A stretch of 64,000 nucleotides of DNA from Mollicutes bacterium (lineage in GTDB: Bacteria > Bacillota_I > Bacilli_A > RF39 > UBA660): contig JAAZKW010000023.1 in the NCBI GenBank assembly GCA_012799635.1, forward strand, positions 27,135-91,134. Reading direction: 5' to 3'. The translations under genes and the position numbers were made by a program. A model generated the notes under the pieces. It worked only from the letters and a program-made list of their open reading frames with translations. It ran no database searches and was not told the origin of the DNA. Below are positions 41,475-49,568 of this stretch, piece after piece (position 1 is the first letter of the stretch; each line of letters starts with the position of its first letter).

Positions 41475-41528
41475 AAACAAGTGTTACCAATTGTTATAAA
41501 GTAAATTTACATTAAGTTTGTAAAGCAT

Positions 41529-41557
41529 TTGACAAGCAATATAAAACAGACTATAAT
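41529..41557 (+). promoter_or_regulatory. Consensus sigma-A promoter for murA
   Basis: TTGACA (41529..41534), exactly 17 nt, TATAAT (41552..41557), about 30 nt upstream of the murA RBS. Confidence 0.7.
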
Positions 41558-41588
41558 AAAAACAAAAAAACTTTTGAATAGAAGGTGA

Positions 41589-42857
41589 ATGATGAAAAAG
41601 ATAAAAATCGTTGGAGGTAAAAAGCTTTCAGGCGAGATTACTATTGGTGGGGCAAAAAATAGTGCAGTAGCATTAATGCCTGCGTCTCTCCTAGCTGATG
41701 GGCCTTGTGAGATTAAAAACGTTCCAGATATTTCAGATAGAGATGCTTTGTTTGAAATTATTAGATTGCTAGATGTAAAAGTAGAAATAGAAAAAGATGT
41801 TGTTAGAATTGATTCCACAAATATGAATAACAAATTAATTCCAGAAGATTTATCTCATAAACTTAGAGCTTCTTATTATTTTATTGGGGTTCTTTTAGCC
41901 AAATATAAATATGTTGAAGTTTTTTTTCCTGGTGGATGTAATATAGGTAGTAGACCAATTAATTTACATTTAAGTGGTTTTGAGGCACTAGGTGCAACGA
42001 TTACCCATTGTGAGGAAAATCATAAATATATAATAAAAGCAGATGAATTAATTGGAACAACAATTAATTTAGGTTTCGCATCAGTAGGCGCAACAATTAA
42101 TATTATGTTTGCAGCAACAAAAGCTAAAGGAATAACAATAATTAAAAATGCTGCCAAAGAACCAGAAATTATTAACATAGCAGATTATCTAAATTTAATG
42201 GGGGCTAAGATTAAAGGAGCAGGTACTTCGGAAATAATTATTGAAGGTGTGAAAAAAATGCACGCAGCAAATATTAGTGTTTTGCCAGACCGTATAGAAG
42301 CGGGAACTTATGTATTGATAGGCGCCTTGTTAGGAGAAAATTTAAGAATAGTTGATTTTGAAGCTAAAACAAATGAAGCATTATTAAGCAAACTAAAAGA
42401 TATGGGAATAAAATATCATATTGATGAGAAAGGGTTGATTATTAGTAAAACAGATAATTTTAAACCAATAAATATAAAAACATTGGTATACCCAGGCTTT
42501 CCAACCGATTTGGGACAACCAATGACGGTTTTACTTACTCAAGCTAATGGAAAATCTTATTTTGAAGAAACCATATGGGAAAATAGAATGCAACATATTC
42601 CTTATCTAACTGATATGGGAGCAAATATTGAATTAGTAGATAATAATCATTTAATTATAACAGGTAAAACAAAATTAAAAGGTGGAAGAGTAAATGCAAC
42701 AGATTTAAGAGGTGGAGGAGCCTTAGTAGTAGCAGGACTTATTGCTGAAGGAACAACAATTATCAGTGATATTGAACATATATTAAGAGGTTATGAAAAA
42801 ATAATTTCTAAACTAAAAAAGATTGGTGCCCAAATCGAGTTTATAGAAGAAGATTAA
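41589..42857 (+). CDS. murA: UDP-N-acetylglucosamine 1-carboxyvinyltransferase
   Basis: GGAKNSAVALM, active-site region PGGCNIGSRPINLH, DLRGGGALVVAGL. Confidence 0.93.
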   Translation: MMKKIKIVGGKKLSGEITIGGAKNSAVALMPASLLADGPCEIKNVPDISDRDALFEIIRLLDVKVEIEKDVVRIDSTNMNNKLIPEDLSHKLRASYYFIGVLLAKYKYVEVFFPGGCNIGSRPINLHLSGFEALGATITHCEENHKYIIKADELIGTTINLGFASVGATINIMFAATKAKGITIIKNAAKEPEIINIADYLNLMGAKIKGAGTSEIIIEGVKKMHAANISVLPDRIEAGTYVLIGALLGENLRIVDFEAKTNEALLSKLKDMGIKYHIDEKGLIISKTDNFKPINIKTLVYPGFPTDLGQPMTVLLTQANGKSYFEETIWENRMQHIPYLTDMGANIELVDNNHLIITGKTKLKGGRVNATDLRGGGALVVAGLIAEGTTIISDIEHILRGYEKIISKLKKIGAQIEFIEED

Positions 42858-42950
42858 CAATAAAAAAACTTGCGTTAGCATAATAGTATGATATACTATT
42901 CTAGTAATGCGGAACTATACTAATCGTTTAGTATGGGAAGGAGGATAAAG

Positions 42951-43166
42951 ATGAAAACTAATATACATCCAGAAATGAAAGATGCGACAGTAACTTGTAT
43001 ATGTGGAAACACATTTAAAACAAAAGCAACAAAAGAAGAAATTAATGTTGAAATTTGTTCAGACTGTCATCCTTTTTACACAGGGGCCCAAGGAAAGGCT
43101 AAGAAGACAGGAAATATAGAAAAATTCAATCGTAGATATGGTATTGACGACAAACAAAAAGCATAA
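42951..43166 (+). CDS. rpmE: 50S ribosomal protein L31 (zinc-binding form)
   Basis: MKTNIHPE..., CxC and CSDCHPFYTG. RBS GGAAGGAGG. Start set at the internal ATG of the track ORF. Confidence 0.9.
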   Translation: MKTNIHPEMKDATVTCICGNTFKTKATKEEINVEICSDCHPFYTGAQGKAKKTGNIEKFNRRYGIDDKQKA

Positions 43167-43220
43167 AGTTTTTTGTTTTTATTTGCTTGATTATGTTATA
43201 TAATGACAATAGGAGGAAAT

Positions 43221-43676
43221 ATGAAAATATATGTAGCATCTGATCATCGTGGAGTAGATATTGAAGCAAAAATAATTAAATATTTAAAAAAGAATAACAA
43301 AGAAGCCTTTGGTCCTGTAAAAAAACATAATGAAACAGATGATTATCCTGACTTTGCTTTTGAGGTTGCAAAAAATGTTTTAAAAGATAAAGATAATCTT
43401 GGTGTATTAATTTGTGGAACCGGTATAGGAATGAGTATTGCTGCTAATAAAGTTCCAGGAATTAGAGCTGCTCGATGTTTAAACATTGATGATGCCTTTT
43501 TTTCAAGAAATCATAATTCAGCAAATATTATATGTATTTCTAGTAATTCTTCTTTTGATGAAATATGTAAAATAGTTGATACCTTTATTAATACTAAACC
43601 TGCTTATGAATATAAACATTTAAGAAGAATAAATAAAATAAATAATATAGAGCAAGGAATGCATAATGAATTATAA
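43221..43676 (+). CDS. rpiB: Ribose-5-phosphate isomerase B
   Basis: MKIYVASDHRG, ICGTGIGMSIAANK, RNHNSANI. RBS AGGAGG. Confidence 0.88.
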   Translation: MKIYVASDHRGVDIEAKIIKYLKKNNKEAFGPVKKHNETDDYPDFAFEVAKNVLKDKDNLGVLICGTGIGMSIAANKVPGIRAARCLNIDDAFFSRNHNSANIICISSNSSFDEICKIVDTFINTKPAYEYKHLRRINKINNIEQGMHNEL

Positions 43677-43854
43677 AATATATATTTATTTTTTAGTATT
43701 AATAGTAACTATTTTTAGTTTAACTGGTATAAATTTTAATGGTTTTTTTAAAAAGAACCATATTATTGAAGCCAAAATATTTGTTATGTTAATAGCATTT
43801 GCTATTAGTTTTTTAGTTTCAGAATTTATAATTAAGATTATAGAGCTTACTTAA
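43666..43854 (+). CDS. Small two-TM membrane protein (possibly DUF1146/YwzB-like)
   Basis: 62 aa with two hydrophobic segments. Its start overlaps the rpiB end. Family assignment rests on memory of similar small genes near murA in Bacilli. Confidence 0.4.
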   Translation: MNYKIYIYFLVLIVTIFSLTGINFNGFFKKNHIIEAKIFVMLIAFAISFLVSEFIIKIIELT

Positions 43855-43907
43855 CTATATAGATATTTCTTAAAAAATTTGTTATAATTTTTTTAGGAGA
43901 TGATATA

Positions 43908-44435
43908 TTGAAAATTAGTATTCGTGGCGATAAAATTGAAGTCACAAAAGCAATTAAAGAACATATTGAGGAAAAGATTTCTAAACTTGATAAATACTTT
44001 GAAAATAGTGAAGAAATAAAATGCAATGTTATTATTCGCGTAAAAAATAATAATCAAACTGTTGAAGTTACTATTCCAACATCAAGGTTTACCATCAGAT
44101 CTGAAGAAAGCCATAATGATTTATATGCAGCGGTTGATTTAATTATTGATAAATTAGAAAGACAAATAAGAAAGAACAAAACTAGATTAAAGAAAATATA
44201 TAAAAGTGTTCCGGAATTTGAAATGAATTTAGATTATGAAGGCTTAGAAGAGCCCGAAGAAAAAATAGTTAAGAGAAAAAACATTATTTCAAAACCAATG
44301 GATGAGGAAGAAGCAATAATGCAAATGGAACTACTTAACCATGACTTCTTCGCTTTTAAAAACTTGGATGAAAATTGTGTGTCGGTATTATATCTTCGAA
44401 AAGATGGTTCATACGGAATAATGAATGTTAAATAA
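43908..44435 (+). CDS. hpf: Ribosome hibernation promoting factor, long form (YvyD)
   Basis: TTG start. IRGDKIEVTKAIKEHIEEKISKLDKYF is S30AE-like. The C-terminal dimerisation domain ends YGIMNV. Precedes secA, as in B. subtilis. Confidence 0.88.
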   Translation: MKISIRGDKIEVTKAIKEHIEEKISKLDKYFENSEEIKCNVIIRVKNNNQTVEVTIPTSRFTIRSEESHNDLYAAVDLIIDKLERQIRKNKTRLKKIYKSVPEFEMNLDYEGLEEPEEKIVKRKNIISKPMDEEEAIMQMELLNHDFFAFKNLDENCVSVLYLRKDGSYGIMNVK

Positions 44436-44455
44436 GAGGTTAGTTCCTCTTTTTA
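44434..44455 (+). terminator. Rho-independent terminator after hpf
   Basis: AAGAGG-ttagtt-CCTCTT followed by TTTT. Confidence 0.6.
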
Positions 44456-44500
44456 AATGTTGTGTTGTTATGTTATAATATTTAAGCGAGGTGATAAACA

Positions 44501-46987
44501 ATGAGTTTTTTTAAAAAACTTTTTGATAATGAATATAAGGAATTAAAAAGATTTGAAAAAATTGCTGACAATATAGATAATCTTTCAGAAGAAATGAGTA
44601 AACTTAAAGATTCAGATTTTTCTAAAAAAACAGAAGAGTTTAAAAAAAGAATTTCTAAAGGAGAAACAGAGGAAGATATTTTGGTTGAGGCAATGGCTCT
44701 TGCAAGGGAAGCTTGTTTTAGAGGAATAGGGGAAAAACCATTTTATGTTCAATTAATCGGAGCTCTTGCTATTCATTATGGAAATATAGCTGAAATGAAA
44801 ACTGGTGAAGGGAAAACCTTAACAACAGTTCTTCCTGCTTATTTAAATTCTTTATCTGGTAAAGGAGTTCACGTTGTAACTACAAACGAATACTTATCAG
44901 AAAGAAACGCCGAATGGATGAAGCCAATTTATGATCTTTTAGGAATAACAGTAGGAGTAAACCTACAAGCTTTGTCGTCAAAAGAAAAAAAAGAAATATA
45001 TGACTGTGATATTACATATTCAACAAACAATGAAATAGGATTTGACTATTTAAGAGATAATATGGTTGTTGATGCATCAGAAAGAAGTCAGAGACCACTT
45101 AATTACTGTATTATTGACGAAGTAGACTCAATATTAATAGATGAGGCTAGAACCCCTCTTATTATAAGTGGTGAGCCTATGAAGTCTCAAAGGTTATATG
45201 CTGATGCAAATAGAGCTGTTCAGAAATTACAAGAAGATACTGATTATACAGTAGATGCAAAAACTAAAAATGCTTCATTAACTGAAGAAGGTAGTAAAAA
45301 AGTTGAAGCCATTTTAAATATAAAAAACTTATATGATATAAATAATTCAGCAATGGTTCATCTTATTAATCAAGCATTAAAAGCTAATTATGGTTTTGCT
45401 AAAGACGTTGATTATGTTATTGAAAATGGTGAAGTTATAATAGTGGACCAATTTACAGGCCGATTAATGTATGGAAAACAATATTCTGAAGGGCTACATC
45501 AAGCAATAGAAGCTAAAGAAGGTGTTCAAATCAATGAGGAAACAAGAACTATGGCAACAATTACTTTTCAAAACTTATTTAGAATGTACAATAAATTATC
45601 AGGCATGACTGGAACAGCTAAGACCGAAGAGGAAGAATTTAGAAATATTTATAATATGTATGTTATTCAAATACCTACGAATAAGCCCGTTATTAGGGAA
45701 GATTTAGCTGATCTTGTTTATGCAAATGAAAAAGGGAAATATAACGCTATTATAAAAACTATAAAGGAAATTCATGCAACAAAAAGACCTATTCTTATTG
45801 GTACAATATCAGTTGAGTCAAACGAAAGACTATCAGAACTTTTAAAAAAGGCAGGATTAAAACACGAAATATTAAATGCTAAAAATCATCAAAGAGAGGC
45901 GGAAATAATAGCAAAAGCAGGCCAGCAAGGAGCAATAACTCTTGCCACAAACATGGCTGGTCGTGGAACCGATATTAAGCTTGGTGAAGGTGTAAGAGAA
46001 CTCGGAGGCCTTTGTGTTATAGGAACAGAAAGACATGAAGCAAGAAGAATAGATAATCAGCTTCGTGGTCGTTCAGGAAGACAAGGAGACCCTGGAATGA
46101 GTCAGTTCTTTGTTTCTTTTGAAGATGATTTAATGAGAAGATTTGGTACTGATAGAATAAAAAATATGCTAGTATCACTTGGCGTTGATGAAACAATGGC
46201 TATAAGAAGTAAAACATTAACAAGAAGTATTGAAACAGCTCAAAAAAGAGTGGAAGGGAATAACTATGATATAAGAAAGAATCTTCTTGATTATGATAAT
46301 GTTTTAAATGAACAACGAGAAATTATTTATCAAAAAAGAAATGAAATAATAGATTCAGAAGATATTCATGAAAATATTTTAGGAAATTTTAAAGATGCTA
46401 TAGCAGCTCTTTGTGAATCACATTTAGCTCCAGAAGGTTTTCTAACTGAATTTGATAAATCAGAAATAGTAGAATATGTAAACACTAATTTTTTAAGAAA
46501 TAAAAATTTAAAAACAAAAGATATATTAAATTTTAAAGATGAAGAAGTAGTAGAATATATTACTAAACTTGTGGTTAAAGATTATGAAAAGAAAATAAAA
46601 GATTTACCAAATGTTAACATTTTTGAAAAAAGTATTTATCTTAGAGTAATTGATTCAAATTGGGTAGAACATATGAATACCATGGAACACCTAAAAGAAG
46701 GTATAGGACTTAGAGGATATAGTCAAACAAACCCTATAAGAGCTTATACACTAGAAGGATATGAATTGTTTGAAAACCTTCTTGATAAAATAGCAAATGA
46801 TACAGTGTTATTTCTTCTTAAAGTAGAGATAAGGCAAGTACAAACAGTCAAACAAACCCTTAAAGGATCAGCTGATGATGGAAAGGAAAAAGTAAGTAGA
46901 ACAGTTAAAAAGAAGAATAAAGTTGGTAGAAATGATCCATGTCCATGTGGAAGTGGGAAAAAATATAAGCAATGCTGTGGCAAATAG
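44501..46987 (+). CDS. secA: Preprotein translocase ATPase SecA
   Basis: 828 aa. EMKTGEGKTL, IIDEVDSILIDEARTPLIISG, TNMAGRGTDIKLG, C-terminal zinc finger CPCGSGKKYKQCCGK. Confidence 0.95.
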   Translation: MSFFKKLFDNEYKELKRFEKIADNIDNLSEEMSKLKDSDFSKKTEEFKKRISKGETEEDILVEAMALAREACFRGIGEKPFYVQLIGALAIHYGNIAEMKTGEGKTLTTVLPAYLNSLSGKGVHVVTTNEYLSERNAEWMKPIYDLLGITVGVNLQALSSKEKKEIYDCDITYSTNNEIGFDYLRDNMVVDASERSQRPLNYCIIDEVDSILIDEARTPLIISGEPMKSQRLYADANRAVQKLQEDTDYTVDAKTKNASLTEEGSKKVEAILNIKNLYDINNSAMVHLINQALKANYGFAKDVDYVIENGEVIIVDQFTGRLMYGKQYSEGLHQAIEAKEGVQINEETRTMATITFQNLFRMYNKLSGMTGTAKTEEEEFRNIYNMYVIQIPTNKPVIREDLADLVYANEKGKYNAIIKTIKEIHATKRPILIGTISVESNERLSELLKKAGLKHEILNAKNHQREAEIIAKAGQQGAITLATNMAGRGTDIKLGEGVRELGGLCVIGTERHEARRIDNQLRGRSGRQGDPGMSQFFVSFEDDLMRRFGTDRIKNMLVSLGVDETMAIRSKTLTRSIETAQKRVEGNNYDIRKNLLDYDNVLNEQREIIYQKRNEIIDSEDIHENILGNFKDAIAALCESHLAPEGFLTEFDKSEIVEYVNTNFLRNKNLKTKDILNFKDEEVVEYITKLVVKDYEKKIKDLPNVNIFEKSIYLRVIDSNWVEHMNTMEHLKEGIGLRGYSQTNPIRAYTLEGYELFENLLDKIANDTVLFLLKVEIRQVQTVKQTLKGSADDGKEKVSRTVKKKNKVGRNDPCPCGSGKKYKQCCGK

Positions 46988-47140
46988 CTTATAAATAAAG
47001 GGTTTGCGAGGATTTAAAGATTTTAAAAAATCGTAAAAAAAGCCAAAATGTTTGTAATTTGTTTGTAAAAATTACAAAATGTTTGTAAAAAATGGCTCTT
47101 GCCCTTATAAATAAAGGAAAAAACATTTACAAACAAATTT
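46988..47140. repeat. Repeat-dense junction: candidate attL core duplication plus arm-type integrase sites
   Basis: CTTATAAATAAAGG occurs twice (46988..47001 and 47104..47117). AAAATGTTTGTAA is at 47045..47057 and 47076..47088. ATTTGTTTGTAA is at 47057..47068, with an inverted copy at 47127..47138. Confidence 0.5.
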
Positions 47141-47151
47141 AAAAAAACATT

Positions 47152-47180
47152 AAGATAGCATTCAATTGCTATCTTTTTTT
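47152..47180 (+). terminator. Strong terminator immediately upstream of the integrase RBS
   Basis: AAGATAGCA-ttcaat-TGCTATCTT (9 bp) followed by a T-run. It lies only about 30 nt from the int ATG, with no recognisable promoter in between. Confidence 0.7.
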
Positions 47181-47212
47181 CTCCAATTCATATTAGAAAA
47201 GGAGGAAAAACA

Positions 47213-48484
47213 ATGGGTAATGTTTATGTTCAAAAAAGAGGTAATGTTTTTCAATATCAATTTCAAATTGCCTCAGTAGATGGTAAAAGAAAGTATCAAA
47301 ATAAGAGTGGATTTCCTACAAGAAATGAAGCGATGAAAGCAGGAATTAAAGCATATTCAGAATATATGAATACTGGTCATGCTTTTACTCCAAATGAAAT
47401 ATCTTATAGTGATTATCTAGACTATTGGATGAAAGAACACTGTGAAATAAATTTAAAATATCATACAATAGAAGCATATAAAAGTATTATAAGAATTCAT
47501 ATTAAACCAAAAATAGGGTGTTATAAATTATCAACTATTACTACTGCAACACTTCAAGAGTTTATTAATAAGGTATATTTGGATGGTAGTTATTCTAAAA
47601 ATTTTTTGAAGAATATATTAAAAGTATTAAAAACATCATTTGGATATGCATACGAGATTGTTCATTTTATTAAATCTAATCCAGCTGATAAAGTAAGATT
47701 ACCTAGATATGATATTCCAGATAGTGATCCAGCACATATATTTACAAAAGAAGAAATAGATAAAATACTTAATAGATTTACTAACAATCCGTGTGCCTAT
47801 TATGCTTTTTTAACTGCATACCATACTGGACTTCGTGTATCAGAAGTATTTGGATTAACTTGGGAAGATATTGATTTTGAAAAGAAAACATTAAGGGTTG
47901 ATAGGAATATTTTAAAAAAGAATCAAGCTGGTGGAACTAAGAAAAGACATATCAGTGGTAATTCAACAACAGTGTGGTATTTTGGAACTTGTAAAACACC
48001 TAGTAGTCATAGAACTATTGAAATAGGAGATACTCTTGTAAATGCACTAAGAGAATATAAAAATCAGCAAGAAAAGAATAAAGAGGAATATGGAGATATG
48101 TATATGAAACATTATGCTAAAGAAGTAATAAATCCATATAATAATAAGAAAGAAATAAAAATAGTAAATGCTAATACTGAAATAGAAGTTTCATTACCAG
48201 AAGTACATTTTGTATTTGTTAAGAAAAATGGGATATATGAGGGAACTGATACTGTTAAATATCCATTTAAAGTTATTCATTATGAGTTAGGAATACCATG
48301 TAGATTCCACGATTTTAGAGATACTCATGCAACTAGATTAATAGAAGCTGGAGCTGATATAAAAGCTGTTTCAAAAAGACTAGGTCATAGTACAATTGAA
48401 ACAACTTATAATATATATGTAAGAGTAACTACTAAAATGGAATCTGACATAGTAACTAAATTTGAAGCATATGCAACTTCCTAG
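47213..48484 (+). CDS. Tyrosine site-specific recombinase/integrase with an N-terminal arm-binding (AP2-like) domain
   Basis: The N-terminus VYVQKRGNVFQYQF...GKRKYQNKSGFPTRNEA is Tn916-Int-like. The catalytic region includes HTGLRVSEVFGLTWEDID, HDFRDTHATRLIEAG, LGHSTIETTYNIY (R..HxxR..Y). Confidence 0.88.
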   Translation: MGNVYVQKRGNVFQYQFQIASVDGKRKYQNKSGFPTRNEAMKAGIKAYSEYMNTGHAFTPNEISYSDYLDYWMKEHCEINLKYHTIEAYKSIIRIHIKPKIGCYKLSTITTATLQEFINKVYLDGSYSKNFLKNILKVLKTSFGYAYEIVHFIKSNPADKVRLPRYDIPDSDPAHIFTKEEIDKILNRFTNNPCAYYAFLTAYHTGLRVSEVFGLTWEDIDFEKKTLRVDRNILKKNQAGGTKKRHISGNSTTVWYFGTCKTPSSHRTIEIGDTLVNALREYKNQQEKNKEEYGDMYMKHYAKEVINPYNNKKEIKIVNANTEIEVSLPEVHFVFVKKNGIYEGTDTVKYPFKVIHYELGIPCRFHDFRDTHATRLIEAGADIKAVSKRLGHSTIETTYNIYVRVTTKMESDIVTKFEAYATS

Positions 48485-48498
48485 TGCATATGTTTTTT
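48467..48498 (+). terminator. Terminator after int
   Basis: CATATGCA/TGCATATG 8-bp stem with the int stop codon in the loop, then a T6 run. Confidence 0.65.
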
Positions 48499-48565
48499 CT
48501 CTGATTTTACCTCATATCAATGATTAAAGCATGAAAATATGATATAATTTAATAAGAGAGTTATT

Positions 48566-49558
48566 ATGGAGGTGATCATATTGTTTGAAGAAAAAATTGA
48601 TATAAAAGAAAATAATATTTTTCAATTTGACTATGATTTACTATCCATATTATTAAAAGATAATACTACTGGAAAAAACATATTATGGGGGACAGATAAT
48701 TATATTAATAGAGGCAACTATTACAAACCAAATGATGAAATAAAAATAGAACAAATAATCAGTTACAATGGTAGTGTTATTAAACCAAGAATAAAAAAGA
48801 GTAAGATGGAACAAGAAAAAAGATCAAAGGATAAAGGAGAAGTGTTTACTCCTGCTTGGGTTTGTAATATGCAAAACAATATTGTAGATACCTGTTGGTT
48901 TGGTTACGAAAATGTATTTAATAAAGAATTAACGGATAGTTGGAAGACTAATAAAAAAAAGATAGAATTTCCAAAAAATAAAACTTGGAAAGATTATGTT
49001 AATGATATTAGACTAGAAATAACATGTGGAGAAGCTCCGTATTTAATAAGTCGATATGATACTACTTCAGGAGATATTATTCCAGTTATTGATAGAATAG
49101 GAATGTTAGACAGAAAATTGAGAGTAATTAATGAAAATGTAAATAATGAAAACGAATGGATTGAGTATTCAATTATGGCATTTAAAAGTACATATGGATA
49201 TGAGTGGCAAGGAGATAGCTTACTTATTGCAAGAGAAAACATGCTATATACCTTTTGCGACAATTATTATTATAAATTTAATTGCTACCCATCAAAGGAT
49301 TTATTAAAGGAAATAGCAAGTATTATATCATGGAATTTATTTCAAATGGATGGATTAAAATATGTTATTCCATATAGTTGTAAAAATGAAGAAAGAATTA
49401 ATTATACTTTGTTCGGAGAAGAGATAGAAAAAATTGAATGCGATGGTTGTAAAAAAGATAATTGTCATTTACATAATGGAATATATGCAAAAATAATGAA
49501 TTGGCAGACAAATAGAAAAGTTAAATTTATTTCTATTTTGAAAAATAGTAATAATTAG
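48566..49558 (+). CDS. Methyltransferase-like protein lacking the catalytic (D/N)PPY motif, with a C-terminal Cys/His knuckle
   Basis: GEVFTPAWVCNMQN (motif-X-like FTPxxV..M) and LEITCGEAPYL (degenerate motif I). No NPPY or DPPY anywhere. C-terminal CDGCKKDNCHLH. An extended -10 TGATATAAT lies upstream. An alternative TTG start at 48581 sits behind RBS GGAGGTGA. Confidence 0.45.
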   Translation: MEVIILFEEKIDIKENNIFQFDYDLLSILLKDNTTGKNILWGTDNYINRGNYYKPNDEIKIEQIISYNGSVIKPRIKKSKMEQEKRSKDKGEVFTPAWVCNMQNNIVDTCWFGYENVFNKELTDSWKTNKKKIEFPKNKTWKDYVNDIRLEITCGEAPYLISRYDTTSGDIIPVIDRIGMLDRKLRVINENVNNENEWIEYSIMAFKSTYGYEWQGDSLLIARENMLYTFCDNYYYKFNCYPSKDLLKEIASIISWNLFQMDGLKYVIPYSCKNEERINYTLFGEEIEKIECDGCKKDNCHLHNGIYAKIMNWQTNRKVKFISILKNSNN

Positions 49559-49568
49559 AGGTGAACAT

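Noticed and set aside
41507-41833. Minus-strand 108-aa ORF overlapping the murA promoter and 5' end
   Set aside because: It lies antisense to a confidently identified murA and to a consensus sigma-A promoter. The translation is low-complexity and hydrophobic, with no RBS.
46988-47212. A tRNA or tmRNA gene as the integration target
   Set aside because: I can find no cloverleaf-compatible or GC-rich tRNA-like segment between secA and int. No tRNA or rRNA gene is visible anywhere in the window.
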